Source: a virus (Duplodnaviria > Caudoviricetes). Taken from it: a stretch of DNA of 55,792 nt. A model generated the notes under the pieces. It was not told the DNA's origin, made no database searches, and was given only the letters and a program-made list of their open reading frames with translations. This document shows positions 17,108 to 26,272 of this stretch, piece by piece (position 1 is the first letter of the stretch; the number at the start of each line of letters is the position of its first letter). A program made the position numbers and the translations under genes. The stretch is from positions 1 to 55,792 of the IMG/VR virus record IMGVR_UViG_3300011339_000921; one strand, 5' to 3'.

Positions 17108-17535
17108 AGAAGCGCATCATCATCCACGATCGCCGGTTCCAGTGGTGGGACGGCAAGAAGCTGACGCCCGTGCGCCTGTCTGAGAAGGCGCGGGCGCACC
17201 TGTCGCAGGTGAGGTCTATGGCGGTGCGGGGAACCTCCACGCCGCTGGAGGATCGCAGCGACGAGGAGCCGGGGCGGCGGCCGGGCGCGGATCGAAAGGC
17301 TGCCCAGAAGCGGCAACGGGACGCGAATACGCAGCGTTTCCGCGCGTCGAGGGTGCTGCCGGCGCTGGGTCAGTATGACGAGACGCTGAACCTGTCGCAG
17401 TTGGCGCGGGCTTGTGGCTGGGATTCACCATGTCGGTTCAGCACGGCGCTGCGGAAGCACCGCCCGGAGATACACGCGCAGGCTGTGGCGAACGGCATGT
17501 CGCGGAGCAAGCGTAACCTGAAGGAGGGGAAGTGA
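17104..17535 (+). CDS. Putative DNA-binding protein with AraC-like HTH
   Basis: LSQLARACGWDSPCRFSTALRKH; GTG start overlapping previous stop. Confidence 0.55.
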   Translation: MKKRIIIHDRRFQWWDGKKLTPVRLSEKARAHLSQVRSMAVRGTSTPLEDRSDEEPGRRPGADRKAAQKRQRDANTQRFRASRVLPALGQYDETLNLSQLARACGWDSPCRFSTALRKHRPEIHAQAVANGMSRSKRNLKEGK

Positions 17536-17912
17536 TGACGACAGAGGCTGACGAGATCCGCGAGGTGCTGATGGCCCGAGTTCCGGCGACACCAGCGCAG
17601 ATGTGGTGGGCGCGCGAGTATGCGGCGCTTATGTATGGACGCTTGAGCATGCCCGGTATGAGCCATCAGTTTCGTGAGGGCGCGCTTGATAACTCTGTGG
17701 ATGTTAAAATCGTGCTTGCAGCCATCATCGACGGAGACGCGCGCGAGGCTAGGCTGCTGGCTGCGTTAGAGGGATTGGCGCAGCACGCCGAAAACCGCAT
17801 TCAGGACGGCAAGGAAATTGGCGCTTCGGTCTGGCGAATTGCTCTTGAGGACATTGTTCGCGAAGCCCGCGCAGCCATCGCCGCCGCGAAAGGAGGCCGC
17901 GATGCAGGATGA
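17532..17912 (+). CDS. Hypothetical protein
   Basis: GGAGG RBS, in operon. Confidence 0.65.
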   Translation: MMTTEADEIREVLMARVPATPAQMWWAREYAALMYGRLSMPGMSHQFREGALDNSVDVKIVLAAIIDGDAREARLLAALEGLAQHAENRIQDGKEIGASVWRIALEDIVREARAAIAAAKGGRDAG

Positions 17913-18174
17913 TGTGGAACGGGTGGCGCGGGCGCTGTGCCGGCTGAATGGATTGTGTGTCGGGTTTTGCCACACTGAACGATGCCCGACAGCAGTCCGT
18001 GATTACGGCGATCAAGCCCGCGCTGCAATGGTCGCCACGCGCGAAATTGATGCGGAGGCTTTGCGGGGAATTGTCAGTGGCCAAGACGAAACAGAAGGCG
18101 CGGCACAGACAAACATTGCCGACTGGCTGCAACAACGCGCGGACAAGGTGAAGGAGCCGACCGATGAACGCTGA
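17902..18174 (+). CDS. Hypothetical protein
   Basis: MQDDVERVARALC start, AGGAGG RBS. Confidence 0.65.
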   Translation: MQDDVERVARALCRLNGLCVGFCHTERCPTAVRDYGDQARAAMVATREIDAEALRGIVSGQDETEGAAQTNIADWLQQRADKVKEPTDER

Positions 18175-18403
18175 CACGATTGCCGCGCTGGAACGGGCTG
18201 CGGAACTGATAGTCAACGGCGGCATACGCTGCCAGCAAGACGCCGCACTGATACGCGACCTCATCAAACGGGAGCGGGCAGGTGGGGAACGGGCGCAGAT
18301 TGTGCGGATCGACCCGGCAGAATATCAGGACGGGCTGTACCTGAACCCTGTGACTGGTCAAGTCATCCGCATCGCAGCCGACGCGCATCTAGGGGGTGAG
18401 TGA
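18164..18403 (+). CDS. Hypothetical protein
   Basis: AGGAG RBS, in operon. Confidence 0.6.
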   Translation: MNADTIAALERAAELIVNGGIRCQQDAALIRDLIKRERAGGERAQIVRIDPAEYQDGLYLNPVTGQVIRIAADAHLGGE

Positions 18404-18687
18404 TGCCTGACCACACCGACTGCTGTCCCGCGCTGGCGCTGTTCGTTCTGGGCGATGTGGAGCGAGCGCGGATCGCGGCTGAGGTGTGCGAGTGGGGCCG
18501 ACTGCAGAGATTGTTTGACGAGAAAGAGACTGAGATGATGGATTATCAGGAAGGCTACGCTGACGGACTGGCGGGTGCCGGGATGCAGGATCGCGAGGAG
18601 CCGGGAGAATTGCTCACCCCTTTCGTCACGGGGTTTCTGCTCGGCAGCCTTGATCGCAAGGCTATGCTGACGAAGGAGGGGAAGTGA
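18400..18687 (+). CDS. Hypothetical protein
   Basis: Overlaps neighbours; YQEGYADG motif. Confidence 0.55.
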   Translation: MMPDHTDCCPALALFVLGDVERARIAAEVCEWGRLQRLFDEKETEMMDYQEGYADGLAGAGMQDREEPGELLTPFVTGFLLGSLDRKAMLTKEGK

Positions 18688-18929
18688 TGATTGCGACTGC
18701 GACGTACAAGGGCGACGACCTCTGGGTGTCGTTCACCTGCCAGATGGAACGCTGCGACTACGGTGTTCCGCGCTCGCCAGTTTGGTGGGAGCCTGACTCA
18801 GCCACGATCGAGATTGCGGACTTGGAAATGCTGGGTGTGTCGCTGGATCCGAAGGCGCTGCCGAAGGAATTGGTCGACGCCATCTATGATCTGGTGGGCA
18901 ACCTCGAATGGGAATCGGAGATCGAGTGA
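18684..18929 (+). CDS. Acidic hypothetical protein
   Basis: GGAGG RBS; DYGVPRSPVWWE. Confidence 0.65.
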   Translation: MMIATATYKGDDLWVSFTCQMERCDYGVPRSPVWWEPDSATIEIADLEMLGVSLDPKALPKELVDAIYDLVGNLEWESEIE

Positions 18930-19132
18930 TGACTGAGCATGAAGTGATCGAGGCCGCGGAGAAGGTGTTCGAGAGGCGCGATGCGGCGGTGCTGGAGATG
19001 GCTGCGGTTGACGCTGAGATCACCAAGCTGGTGCGGCTGTATGGCGAAGCGATGCGGATGTGGGGCTTCACGCCTACGATGCTGCGCCGCGCGGTAGAGG
19101 CGCGGACAGGGAGAAGGTTCGAGACATGCTGA
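18929..19132 (+). CDS. Hypothetical protein
   Basis: MTEHEVIEAA start, TGATG overlap. Confidence 0.6.
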   Translation: MTEHEVIEAAEKVFERRDAAVLEMAAVDAEITKLVRLYGEAMRMWGFTPTMLRRAVEARTGRRFETC

Positions 19133-19151
19133 CCGCGGTGGCACTTGACCG

Positions 19152-19490
19152 ATGACGATGAAATACGCCAACCGATATACCGACACGGGGACGCTGCCGT
19201 TCGAGGTGGTAGACCCGGTCAGTCCGAGCGAGCTTATCGTTCGCGAGATGTCATGCGAACGCCTTCAGGGCTGGACGCCGAGGTTTGTTATGGGCCACTG
19301 CCTCAATGAATCAGAGCAGCGGTGGGACATAACGTCTGACCTTGAAGCGTTGCCGTTTCGCATTCGGAAGAACAAGCAGGGTGAGTGGTCGGATGTGTCT
19401 GGAAATGTTTACCGGCTCGCCGACATTCCCGTGCGATTTCATAGGTTTAGCTTCGTCGGTGGTGTATATCACGCTGACGGTGATGAATAA
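19152..19490 (+). CDS. Hypothetical protein
   Basis: 112-aa ORF in operon. Confidence 0.6.
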   Translation: MTMKYANRYTDTGTLPFEVVDPVSPSELIVREMSCERLQGWTPRFVMGHCLNESEQRWDITSDLEALPFRIRKNKQGEWSDVSGNVYRLADIPVRFHRFSFVGGVYHADGDE

Positions 19491-19504
19491 TTTCGCGGAT
19501 GGAC

Positions 19505-19532
19505 TTGCAAGTTTAATTTGCAACTGTAACAT
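19505..19532 (+). promoter_or_regulatory. Putative promoter/operator of the primase operon
   Basis: TTGCAA-16 nt-TAACAT, overlapping the dyad TTGCAA-N7-TTGCAA. Confidence 0.45.
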
Positions 19533-19579
19533 CGGCGACCCTGCGTTTGACGGCGCAGATCAAGAGGGATAATATCACT

Positions 19580-19975
19580 ATGACGACCGGGAACTGTGGC
19601 GCTGTCCAAGGCTTGCCTAAAAACCACAGAAGCGGCGGGAGGCATGCTCCCCCCCGTTCACCCGCCGCATCCGTCAATTCCCGGTCGTACTCCATTCAAG
19701 ACATCAAGGATCGTCTGAGCGCGTCTCACATCGAGGCGCTGTGTCGGGACTGGTTGCCCGGCGGCAAGCGTCAGGGCGGCTGGTATCTGGCGTGCGCGCC
19801 GTGGCGGGACGATCGTAACCCATCGCTGGGTGTGTCGTTCAGCACTGGACGCTGGAAGGACTTCGCGACGGGCGACAAGGGCGACATGATCGACCTGTCG
19901 ATGAAGCTGTTCGGAGATAATTTGCAAGATACGATCAAGGGCTTTGCCGAGATGCTGGGCCTGAGCCATGCGTAA
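19580..19975 (+). CDS. Primase N-terminal CHC2-like domain encoded as a separate ORF
   Basis: CAPWRDDRNPSLGV...WKDFATGDKGDMIDL resembles the DnaG zinc-binding domain with most ligands lost. Confidence 0.7.
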   Translation: MTTGNCGAVQGLPKNHRSGGRHAPPRSPAASVNSRSYSIQDIKDRLSASHIEALCRDWLPGGKRQGGWYLACAPWRDDRNPSLGVSFSTGRWKDFATGDKGDMIDLSMKLFGDNLQDTIKGFAEMLGLSHA

Positions 19976-22370
19976 GGTGGACCTGAGCAAGCTGGGCTTG
20001 GAGGACATCACGGCCAAGGCCGAGATCGTCACGCCGATGCCTGAGCCGGTGGTGATTCCGGATTCCCTGCAGAAGTCGTTAGGTTCAGAACCGGACGCAA
20101 TGTGGATCTATCGCATGTCGGACGGTGGTGCGTTCGGCGCGGTGGCGCGGTGGAACCCGGCAGGGAAGCGCAAAGAGATCAGGCCGATCGTCTGGGACGG
20201 GAAGAAGTTTGTCACGTCCGGGTTCGGCAAGGGCCGCCCGCTGTACAATGGCGACCTGCTGGCGGCATCGCCGAGTGCGCCGGTGCTGATCGTCGAGGGC
20301 GAGAAGGCCGCCGATGGTGCGGCGCAGTATGTGCCTGAGGGCTGGGTAATCACGACGTGGCAGGGCGGCTCGAAGGCTGTCGACCAGACCGACTGGAGTC
20401 TGCTGGTTGGCCATACCTGCGTGGTGTGGCCGGACAACGACACGGCGGGGATCGAGGCGGCGCTGGAAATCCAGAAGATACTGGGCGAGCATCGCGTGCC
20501 GGTGTCGATTGTGACGCTGAGTCTGGTGTTCCCGGAACGCTGGGACTTGGCCGATGCGCTGCCGCTGAAGGTGAAGCCGGAGAGCATCACGGATATCCTG
20601 CGCCGGGAACTGAAGCGCGCCGCGGTGCCGGAGATGGTCGTCGTCGAGGCGCCGGTGGAAGATGACCCGGACGAAGAGAAGGCGCGCGAGTGGCGTCCGC
20701 TGGGGCATGACCACAACAAATACATGCTGATGCTGCAGAACCAGCAGCAGGTGATCGTGTTCGAGCCCGACCGTCTCATGAGCCAGAAGGGCTGCATGAA
20801 CGTCTATGGCGATGTCAATCACTGGGGCCGAATTCAGGGCAAGGAAGACGGCAGGGGCGTGGACTGGCTGGCGGCCGGCGTGATGTTGATGGAGCAGTGC
20901 CACAAGGCTGGCGTGTATGACCCGACGAAGCTGCGCGGGCGCGGCGTATGGCTGGATGAGAAGGGCGACGGGCAACGGGCTGTTCTGAATTCGGGGAACA
21001 AGCTGCTGGTGGTACGGCCTGAGCATGAGACGCGAGAGGTGTCGCACGTCCGGCTGAAGAGCGGTTGGATTTATGAGAAGGGCCGCGACCTGATCCTGAA
21101 CGTCGACAACTTTGACGGGCGCGCGACCGACGACGATGGCCGCATGATCCGGGAACTGTGCGGGAAGGTGCGGTGGGATGCGCCAGTGTACGGCGACCTG
21201 CTGGCCGGCTGGATTGCGACGGCGGTGGTGTGTGGCGGGCTGGACTGGCGCACTCACGCATGGGTGACGGGGAACCAAGGGTCGGGGAAGTCCACGGTGG
21301 TGAACACGGTGGCGGGCGCATGCCTTGGCGATCTGGCGATCTATCCGCTGGGCGCGACGACCGAGGCAGGGATCAGGCAGGTGGTGCAGAACGACGCCAT
21401 GCCAGTGGTGTTCGACGAAGCGGAAGGGGACGACAAAGAGAACAAGATGGCGGCGGCGGCGCGGCGCAAGGCCGTGATGGATCTGATGCGGCAGGCGTCG
21501 AGCGAGGGCCGTGGACGCATCCTGAAGGGATCGGCGAACCATCAGGCGCGGGCGTTCACGATGCGGTCTTCGTTCCTGATGTCGTCGATCGGCGTGGGCC
21601 TGAAGGAGGCCGCCGACCTGACGCGCACCGCGGTGCTGACGATCAAGCCGCTGGACTCGTTCACGCCTGAGGAGCGGCGCCAGAAAGAGGAGGAGTTCAA
21701 GGACTTCGTGGCGCTGGCCTCATCGATCCCGAGGGACATGCCGCAGCGACTGCTCGGGCGCCAGTTGCACAACCTGTTCACGCTGCGTCACAACATCTTG
21801 GTCTTCAAGGAAACGATCGCCACCGTGTTGGCGAACCGCCGCATCGGCGACCAGCTTGGGACACTGATGGCCGGATGCTACAGCCTCTACAGCACGAAGC
21901 GTTTGGACATGAAGCAGTGCGAGAAATATCTCGGCACGGTAAACCTCGAAGAGTTCCTGCAGGTGAAAGCGGAGCGCGAGGACAAGGTGCTGCTGGATCA
22001 CATCGTTCAAACGTCGGTGCGGGTCGAGACGATGCACGGTGTGCAGGATCGGACCATCGGGGAACTGTTGGTGATCTGCTTCAACAACGACGAGGAAGGG
22101 GACGTGCGACTGAAGATCGCCGACGACACACTCGCCCGCTACGGCCTCAAGGTCGAGCGCGAGCATGCCATTCCGACCGGGGTGTGGATTGGCCAGAGCA
22201 TCAGTTCACTGAACAAGATCATGCAGACGTCGGTCTATTACGAGGGGTGGTCGGGCGTGCTGCTGCGCCACCCGCATGCGAAGAAGAGCGTGAACGCGAT
22301 CCGCTTCAAAGGGACGATGTCACGCGGGATCTTTCTACCGAAACGCGATTGGCCAGTGGGGTTATGGTGA
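19968..22370 (+). CDS. Toprim primase fused to a P-loop helicase
   Basis: VLIVEGEKAAD and WPDND Toprim motifs; GNQGSGKST Walker A; VFDEAE Walker B. Confidence 0.9.
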   Translation: MRKVDLSKLGLEDITAKAEIVTPMPEPVVIPDSLQKSLGSEPDAMWIYRMSDGGAFGAVARWNPAGKRKEIRPIVWDGKKFVTSGFGKGRPLYNGDLLAASPSAPVLIVEGEKAADGAAQYVPEGWVITTWQGGSKAVDQTDWSLLVGHTCVVWPDNDTAGIEAALEIQKILGEHRVPVSIVTLSLVFPERWDLADALPLKVKPESITDILRRELKRAAVPEMVVVEAPVEDDPDEEKAREWRPLGHDHNKYMLMLQNQQQVIVFEPDRLMSQKGCMNVYGDVNHWGRIQGKEDGRGVDWLAAGVMLMEQCHKAGVYDPTKLRGRGVWLDEKGDGQRAVLNSGNKLLVVRPEHETREVSHVRLKSGWIYEKGRDLILNVDNFDGRATDDDGRMIRELCGKVRWDAPVYGDLLAGWIATAVVCGGLDWRTHAWVTGNQGSGKSTVVNTVAGACLGDLAIYPLGATTEAGIRQVVQNDAMPVVFDEAEGDDKENKMAAAARRKAVMDLMRQASSEGRGRILKGSANHQARAFTMRSSFLMSSIGVGLKEAADLTRTAVLTIKPLDSFTPEERRQKEEEFKDFVALASSIPRDMPQRLLGRQLHNLFTLRHNILVFKETIATVLANRRIGDQLGTLMAGCYSLYSTKRLDMKQCEKYLGTVNLEEFLQVKAEREDKVLLDHIVQTSVRVETMHGVQDRTIGELLVICFNNDEEGDVRLKIADDTLARYGLKVEREHAIPTGVWIGQSISSLNKIMQTSVYYEGWSGVLLRHPHAKKSVNAIRFKGTMSRGIFLPKRDWPVGLW

Positions 22371-22537
22371 TGAAGAGCAAGGTGAGCGGTCTGGAGTTGG
22401 CGATCAAGATGGTGCGCGAATGGCCTGACGATGTGCTGCTGTCGCGCGAGCCCCACGAGTTGGCATATACGTATGGCGTGAGCCGTTCAGACGCTGAAAA
22501 AATCTTCAAGCAAGAGCGCTTGCGCCGTGATTTATGA
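22370..22537 (+). CDS. Small hypothetical protein (possible HTH)
   Basis: TGATG overlap; ELAYTYGVSRSDAEKI. Confidence 0.55.
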   Translation: MKSKVSGLELAIKMVREWPDDVLLSREPHELAYTYGVSRSDAEKIFKQERLRRDL

Positions 22538-22538
22538 G

Positions 22539-22566
22539 TTGAAACTGCAAGCAGAACCCTTAGAAT
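22539..22566 (+). promoter_or_regulatory. Putative promoter
   Basis: TTGAAA-16 nt-TAGAAT. Confidence 0.5.
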
Positions 22567-22586
22567 ATTAAAAACCGGAGGACAGA

Positions 22587-22814
22587 ATGACGTTTAAGAT
22601 TGAAGATAACTACGCGATCCCTGCAGAGCGGCAGCCCCGCACTCGCCGCGCGAAATATCCGTGGAACGAACTGGACGTGGGCCAGAGCTTCTTCGTCGAG
22701 GGTGCGATGTTGCGCTCGATGAGCAGCACCGCCTCGCATGCCGGCCGCCGCACGGGCCGGAAGTTCATCGTGCGTAACGCCGATGGTGGCGTCCGCGTGT
22801 GGCGCCTTGATTGA
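22587..22814 (+). CDS. Small basic phage protein
   Basis: KYPWNELDVGQSFFV...GVRVWRL; GGAGG RBS. Confidence 0.75.
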   Translation: MTFKIEDNYAIPAERQPRTRRAKYPWNELDVGQSFFVEGAMLRSMSSTASHAGRRTGRKFIVRNADGGVRVWRLD

Positions 22815-22825
22815 GGAGAGAGAGC

Positions 22826-23002
22826 GTGAAGAAGATCGTCATCGCCGCCGCACTCGCGGCTGGTATCGCCACCCCGGCCTATGCGCTGGCCAGCTTTCTG
22901 GTGGCTGAGTGGTACGCCAACGGCAATCACTTCTGCCGCTACGACAACGGCACCGTGCTGAACGTCGGCTACCGAGTCTGCCCGTTGAAGATCGAAGGCT
23001 GA
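22826..23002 (+). CDS. Small secreted protein with Sec signal peptide and two Cys
   Basis: MKKIVIAAALAAGIATPAYA-LASF...C...C; GAGGAG RBS. Confidence 0.7.
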   Translation: MKKIVIAAALAAGIATPAYALASFLVAEWYANGNHFCRYDNGTVLNVGYRVCPLKIEG

Positions 23003-23034
23003 CACAAGCGTTCTGATGAAGTGTGATCGCACGA

Positions 23035-23286
23035 ATGACGAAGGTTGTCCTGAACCCCAAGCACTTCCATGTCCGAGCCAAGGCTGAGGACGGCAGTGTC
23101 TGGCTTACCTACGAGAAACACCTGCGCCCGATCGTGCCGATCAAAGACGTGACCAACGACGTCCTGCTTTGCCTGTGCGCTGATTTATCCAGCGACGGGG
23201 ACACCAAGAGGGTCGAGCGATCGGTGCGCTTTAGCGACGGGTTCACCTGTCTAATCACTGTTGAGGTGATAGACTCACCCCATTGA
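23035..23286 (+). CDS. Hypothetical protein
   Basis: ORF filling the gap between flanking genes; start uncertain. Confidence 0.5.
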   Translation: MTKVVLNPKHFHVRAKAEDGSVWLTYEKHLRPIVPIKDVTNDVLLCLCADLSSDGDTKRVERSVRFSDGFTCLITVEVIDSPH

Positions 23287-23382
23287 CTTGGACGCGCCGG
23301 GAAGACTTCCCAATAGTTGGGGAGTCGGTGCGTCGCCACCCGCTGGCAGACCGGGCCAAGAAGTCTGCCACCATGAGGACTC

Positions 23383-24876
23383 ATGATACAGCTTCGAGAC
23401 TACCAAGAATCCGCCGTGCAGGCGGTGCGCGATAGCTTTCGCGCTGGTCACAAGCGCACCCTGCTGGTGAGTCCCACCGGTTCAGGGAAGACGGTGATCT
23501 TCTCATACATCGCCGCCGGCATGGCACGGAACAACAAGCGCATCCTGATCGTGGCGCACCGCCGTGAACTGCTGAAGCAGATCAGCAAGGCGCTGAAGAA
23601 GGTGGGTGTGACGCATGCCGTGATGACCGGGGGATACCGGGGCGTCCCGACAGCGAACGTCGTCGTGGCATCCGTGTTCACGCTCGTGAAGCGGATCAAG
23701 GGGTTCCAGCCGTTCGACCTGATCATCGGCGATGAGGCACATCACTTCACGTCCCAGTCTAGCTGGGGCAAGGTCGTGGCCGGGTTCCCGACAGCGCGCC
23801 TGCTTGGCGTCACAGCCACCCCTGAGCGCCTCGACGGCAAGGGGATGGGCCAGACGTTCGAAGACATGGTGATGGGTCCCACGGTGGCTGAATTGACGGC
23901 TCAGGGGTTCCTCTCGCATGCCGTGGTCTATGCCCCGAGCGCGCCGGATCTGAATGGCGTCGGCACCCGCATGGGCGACTACGTGCAGAAGCAGCTTGAG
24001 GAGGCGATGGTTAAGACCGTCATCACCGGGAGCGCGGTGAAGCACTACGGGAAGTACGCGCCGGGCAAGAAGGCCATCGCGTTCTGTGTGAGCGTGAAGC
24101 ATGCGATGGACGTGGCCCATGACTTTCGGGAGGCAGGGTTCTCGGCCAGCCATATCGACGGAGGCATGGACGATGGTGAGCGCGACGGCGTCCTGAAGGC
24201 GTTCGAGGAGGGGCGGATTCAGGTTCTCACGAGTTGCGATCTGGTCAGCGAGGGGTTCGATCTGCCGGCAGTGGAGGTGGCGATCCTGCTGCGCCCGACG
24301 AAGTCTCTGGGTCTATACCTGCAGCAATGCGGCCGCGCGATCAGGCCTCACCCCGACAAGGAGAGGACGATCATCCTCGATCACGCCGGCAACACGGCGC
24401 GGCATGGGTTCATCGATGACGATCGGGAGTGGTCGCTGGCTGATGGGTTCGTTCAGGGGCGCGGCGGCAAGGGTGACAAGGTGGACACGGTGCGAACCTG
24501 CACCGCCTGCTTCGCCATGCACAAGCCAAGCCCGACCTGCCCGGTGTGCGGCCATGTCTATCCCGTAAAGCCGCGGACCGTGAAGCACGTCGATGGCGAT
24601 CTGGTGATGATGGCCCGAGAAGGCGAGCAGGACATCACGACCACCGAGGGCATGCTCCAGAAGAAGTTCAAGGTGCTGATCAGCGTGGCGCGCAAGCGAG
24701 GGTACAAGAACCCGACGCACTGGGCGTTCAATGTCATCTGCGGGCAGGAGGCTGCACGCATCGCCAAGAAGGTGGGGGCGAGAGACGCTCCGACCACGAA
24801 CGGGCTAACTGAGGAAGAGAGGACGGCGATATGGCAAATGACAATGGGCGCGAACCAGAGTTCGATCCGGTATTGA
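23383..24876 (+). CDS. SF2 DEAH-box helicase with C-terminal zinc ribbon
   Basis: LRDYQ, PTGSGKT, DEAHH, TATP, EGFD, QQCGRAIR; CTAC..CPVC. Confidence 0.95.
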   Translation: MIQLRDYQESAVQAVRDSFRAGHKRTLLVSPTGSGKTVIFSYIAAGMARNNKRILIVAHRRELLKQISKALKKVGVTHAVMTGGYRGVPTANVVVASVFTLVKRIKGFQPFDLIIGDEAHHFTSQSSWGKVVAGFPTARLLGVTATPERLDGKGMGQTFEDMVMGPTVAELTAQGFLSHAVVYAPSAPDLNGVGTRMGDYVQKQLEEAMVKTVITGSAVKHYGKYAPGKKAIAFCVSVKHAMDVAHDFREAGFSASHIDGGMDDGERDGVLKAFEEGRIQVLTSCDLVSEGFDLPAVEVAILLRPTKSLGLYLQQCGRAIRPHPDKERTIILDHAGNTARHGFIDDDREWSLADGFVQGRGGKGDKVDTVRTCTACFAMHKPSPTCPVCGHVYPVKPRTVKHVDGDLVMMAREGEQDITTTEGMLQKKFKVLISVARKRGYKNPTHWAFNVICGQEAARIAKKVGARDAPTTNGLTEEERTAIWQMTMGANQSSIRY

Positions 24877-25055
24877 TTCCTCTGTCCCTGATAGAGGCGC
24901 TCGCGGCGGGGCTCTTTCAAGCGCTGGATAACTGGCAGGAGGAACGCGGCATCGAGTCGATGGATACAGCAAGGTGTTTCGTTGCGATGGCTGCGGCTGT
25001 TGACGCCGTGATGGAACACCTGAGCCGTGAGACCACGGGGGTGACGCTGCAATGA
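24831..25055 (+). CDS. Hypothetical protein
   Basis: GAGGA RBS, overlaps helicase end. Confidence 0.55.
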   Translation: MANDNGREPEFDPVLIPLSLIEALAAGLFQALDNWQEERGIESMDTARCFVAMAAAVDAVMEHLSRETTGVTLQ

Positions 25056-25909
25056 GCGCGGGGTACTTTTCCGATGAGCTTTGCGAGGACCTGACGCGGT
25101 ACATGAAAAAATCTCCTCTGGGGGCCTCGTTTTATGGACGCCTGCGGAAGCGGCTGCAGTCTCATGCGGTTCACTTCAGGCTGCCTGACAACGGCTTCAT
25201 TTTGCCAAGCGACGAGGAGTGCGTGTTTGTAAGCACTGACATTCTCAAGCCACCGTTTCCAGTTACTGTCATAGAGTACGCATCGACTGGAAGTGATCCA
25301 GAGCCCGGTCAGTTCCGATCCTCTAAGCGTCTGGTCATGGCGGTTGAGGAGGGCGACAGCGTCGTGCTGTTCCCTTCCTTCCACAAGGACGACGACGCCG
25401 AATGGATCGTTCCCCTCTGTTATTTCCGCTTTCATTACGGGAAAGAAATTTCGCTTAGTCGCAAGCATGCGCGGGTGATTGGCAACGACGTTCTTTCCTT
25501 TGGAGAGGCATGGGAAGGAGCGGCCAGCAGCATAGTGTCCTTGGATCATTACGCATCTTTTCAGATGGAAAACGTAAGCCAAGAACTGTCCGTCTACATG
25601 GACTTCTGCAAGGCGCTGGCTGAGTACGAGACAGAGTTCGTCAACCACCGCCCCGACGCCGAGACCGCGAGGAAGCGCCGGCTGCGCGGGAAGAAGCCGC
25701 TCTACACCTACAAGGTCATCACGATCACCGGGAAACGCCGCGTGTCTGAGGTCGGCAAGGGCGGCACGCACGCATCACCGGTCGCGCACCTGCGCCGTGG
25801 CCATTGGCGGACATACAAGTCCGGCCGCAAGTCGTGGGTGAGAGCCGCGATGGTAAACGGCACGGATGGCATGGTGGTGAAGGACTACAAGGTGGAGTCG
25901 CGGGCGTGA
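25052..25909 (+). CDS. Hypothetical protein with C-terminal HxRRGHWR motif
   Basis: SPVAHLRRGHWR...WVR; 5' part appears lower in GC. Confidence 0.75.
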   Translation: MSAGYFSDELCEDLTRYMKKSPLGASFYGRLRKRLQSHAVHFRLPDNGFILPSDEECVFVSTDILKPPFPVTVIEYASTGSDPEPGQFRSSKRLVMAVEEGDSVVLFPSFHKDDDAEWIVPLCYFRFHYGKEISLSRKHARVIGNDVLSFGEAWEGAASSIVSLDHYASFQMENVSQELSVYMDFCKALAEYETEFVNHRPDAETARKRRLRGKKPLYTYKVITITGKRRVSEVGKGGTHASPVAHLRRGHWRTYKSGRKSWVRAAMVNGTDGMVVKDYKVESRA

Positions 25910-26226
25910 GAGAGGCCGTAATCCAAGCCGAGATACGGCTCGCGCTGGGCCAGCGCCCTGACGTGATGATGTTCCGCATCAACGTCGGCAAGTTCCGCCC
26001 GCTGGACGGCGGCCCCCGCGTGATCCAGTCGGCGCCAGAAGGGACGCCCGATCTGCTGGGGGTGATCTCGCCCGGGCGGGCGTTCGCCATCGAGGTGAAG
26101 GCGCAGCGTGGCAAGCAGCGCGATGTGCAGCTTGCGTGGCAAAATGCATGGGAAAAACGTGGTGGCATCTACATTCTCGCGCGTTGTTTAGATGATGTAT
26201 ATATGGGGCTTGACATAAAACCGTAG
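25906..26226 (+). CDS. VRR-NUC (PD-(D/E)xK) nuclease
   Basis: EAVIQ...GTPDL...IEVK...Q..W. Confidence 0.9.
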   Translation: MREAVIQAEIRLALGQRPDVMMFRINVGKFRPLDGGPRVIQSAPEGTPDLLGVISPGRAFAIEVKAQRGKQRDVQLAWQNAWEKRGGIYILARCLDDVYMGLDIKP

Positions 26227-26239
26227 ACAGCCGTATGTA
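26210..26239 (+). promoter_or_regulatory. Putative promoter of the recombination operon
   Basis: TTGACA-18 nt-TATGTA. Confidence 0.45.
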
Positions 26240-26272
26240 CGTAGGCCCACAACAACAAGACCGGAGGCATAC

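Noticed and set aside
23303-23370. Two hairpins upstream of the helicase as a riboswitch or ncRNA
   Set aside because: No recognisable conserved motif or convincing promoter; ordinary leader structure is sufficient
13183-26227. AAACCGTAGA near two plus-strand promoters as a shared operator
   Set aside because: Only two exact 10-mers, at different positions relative to their promoters; could be chance
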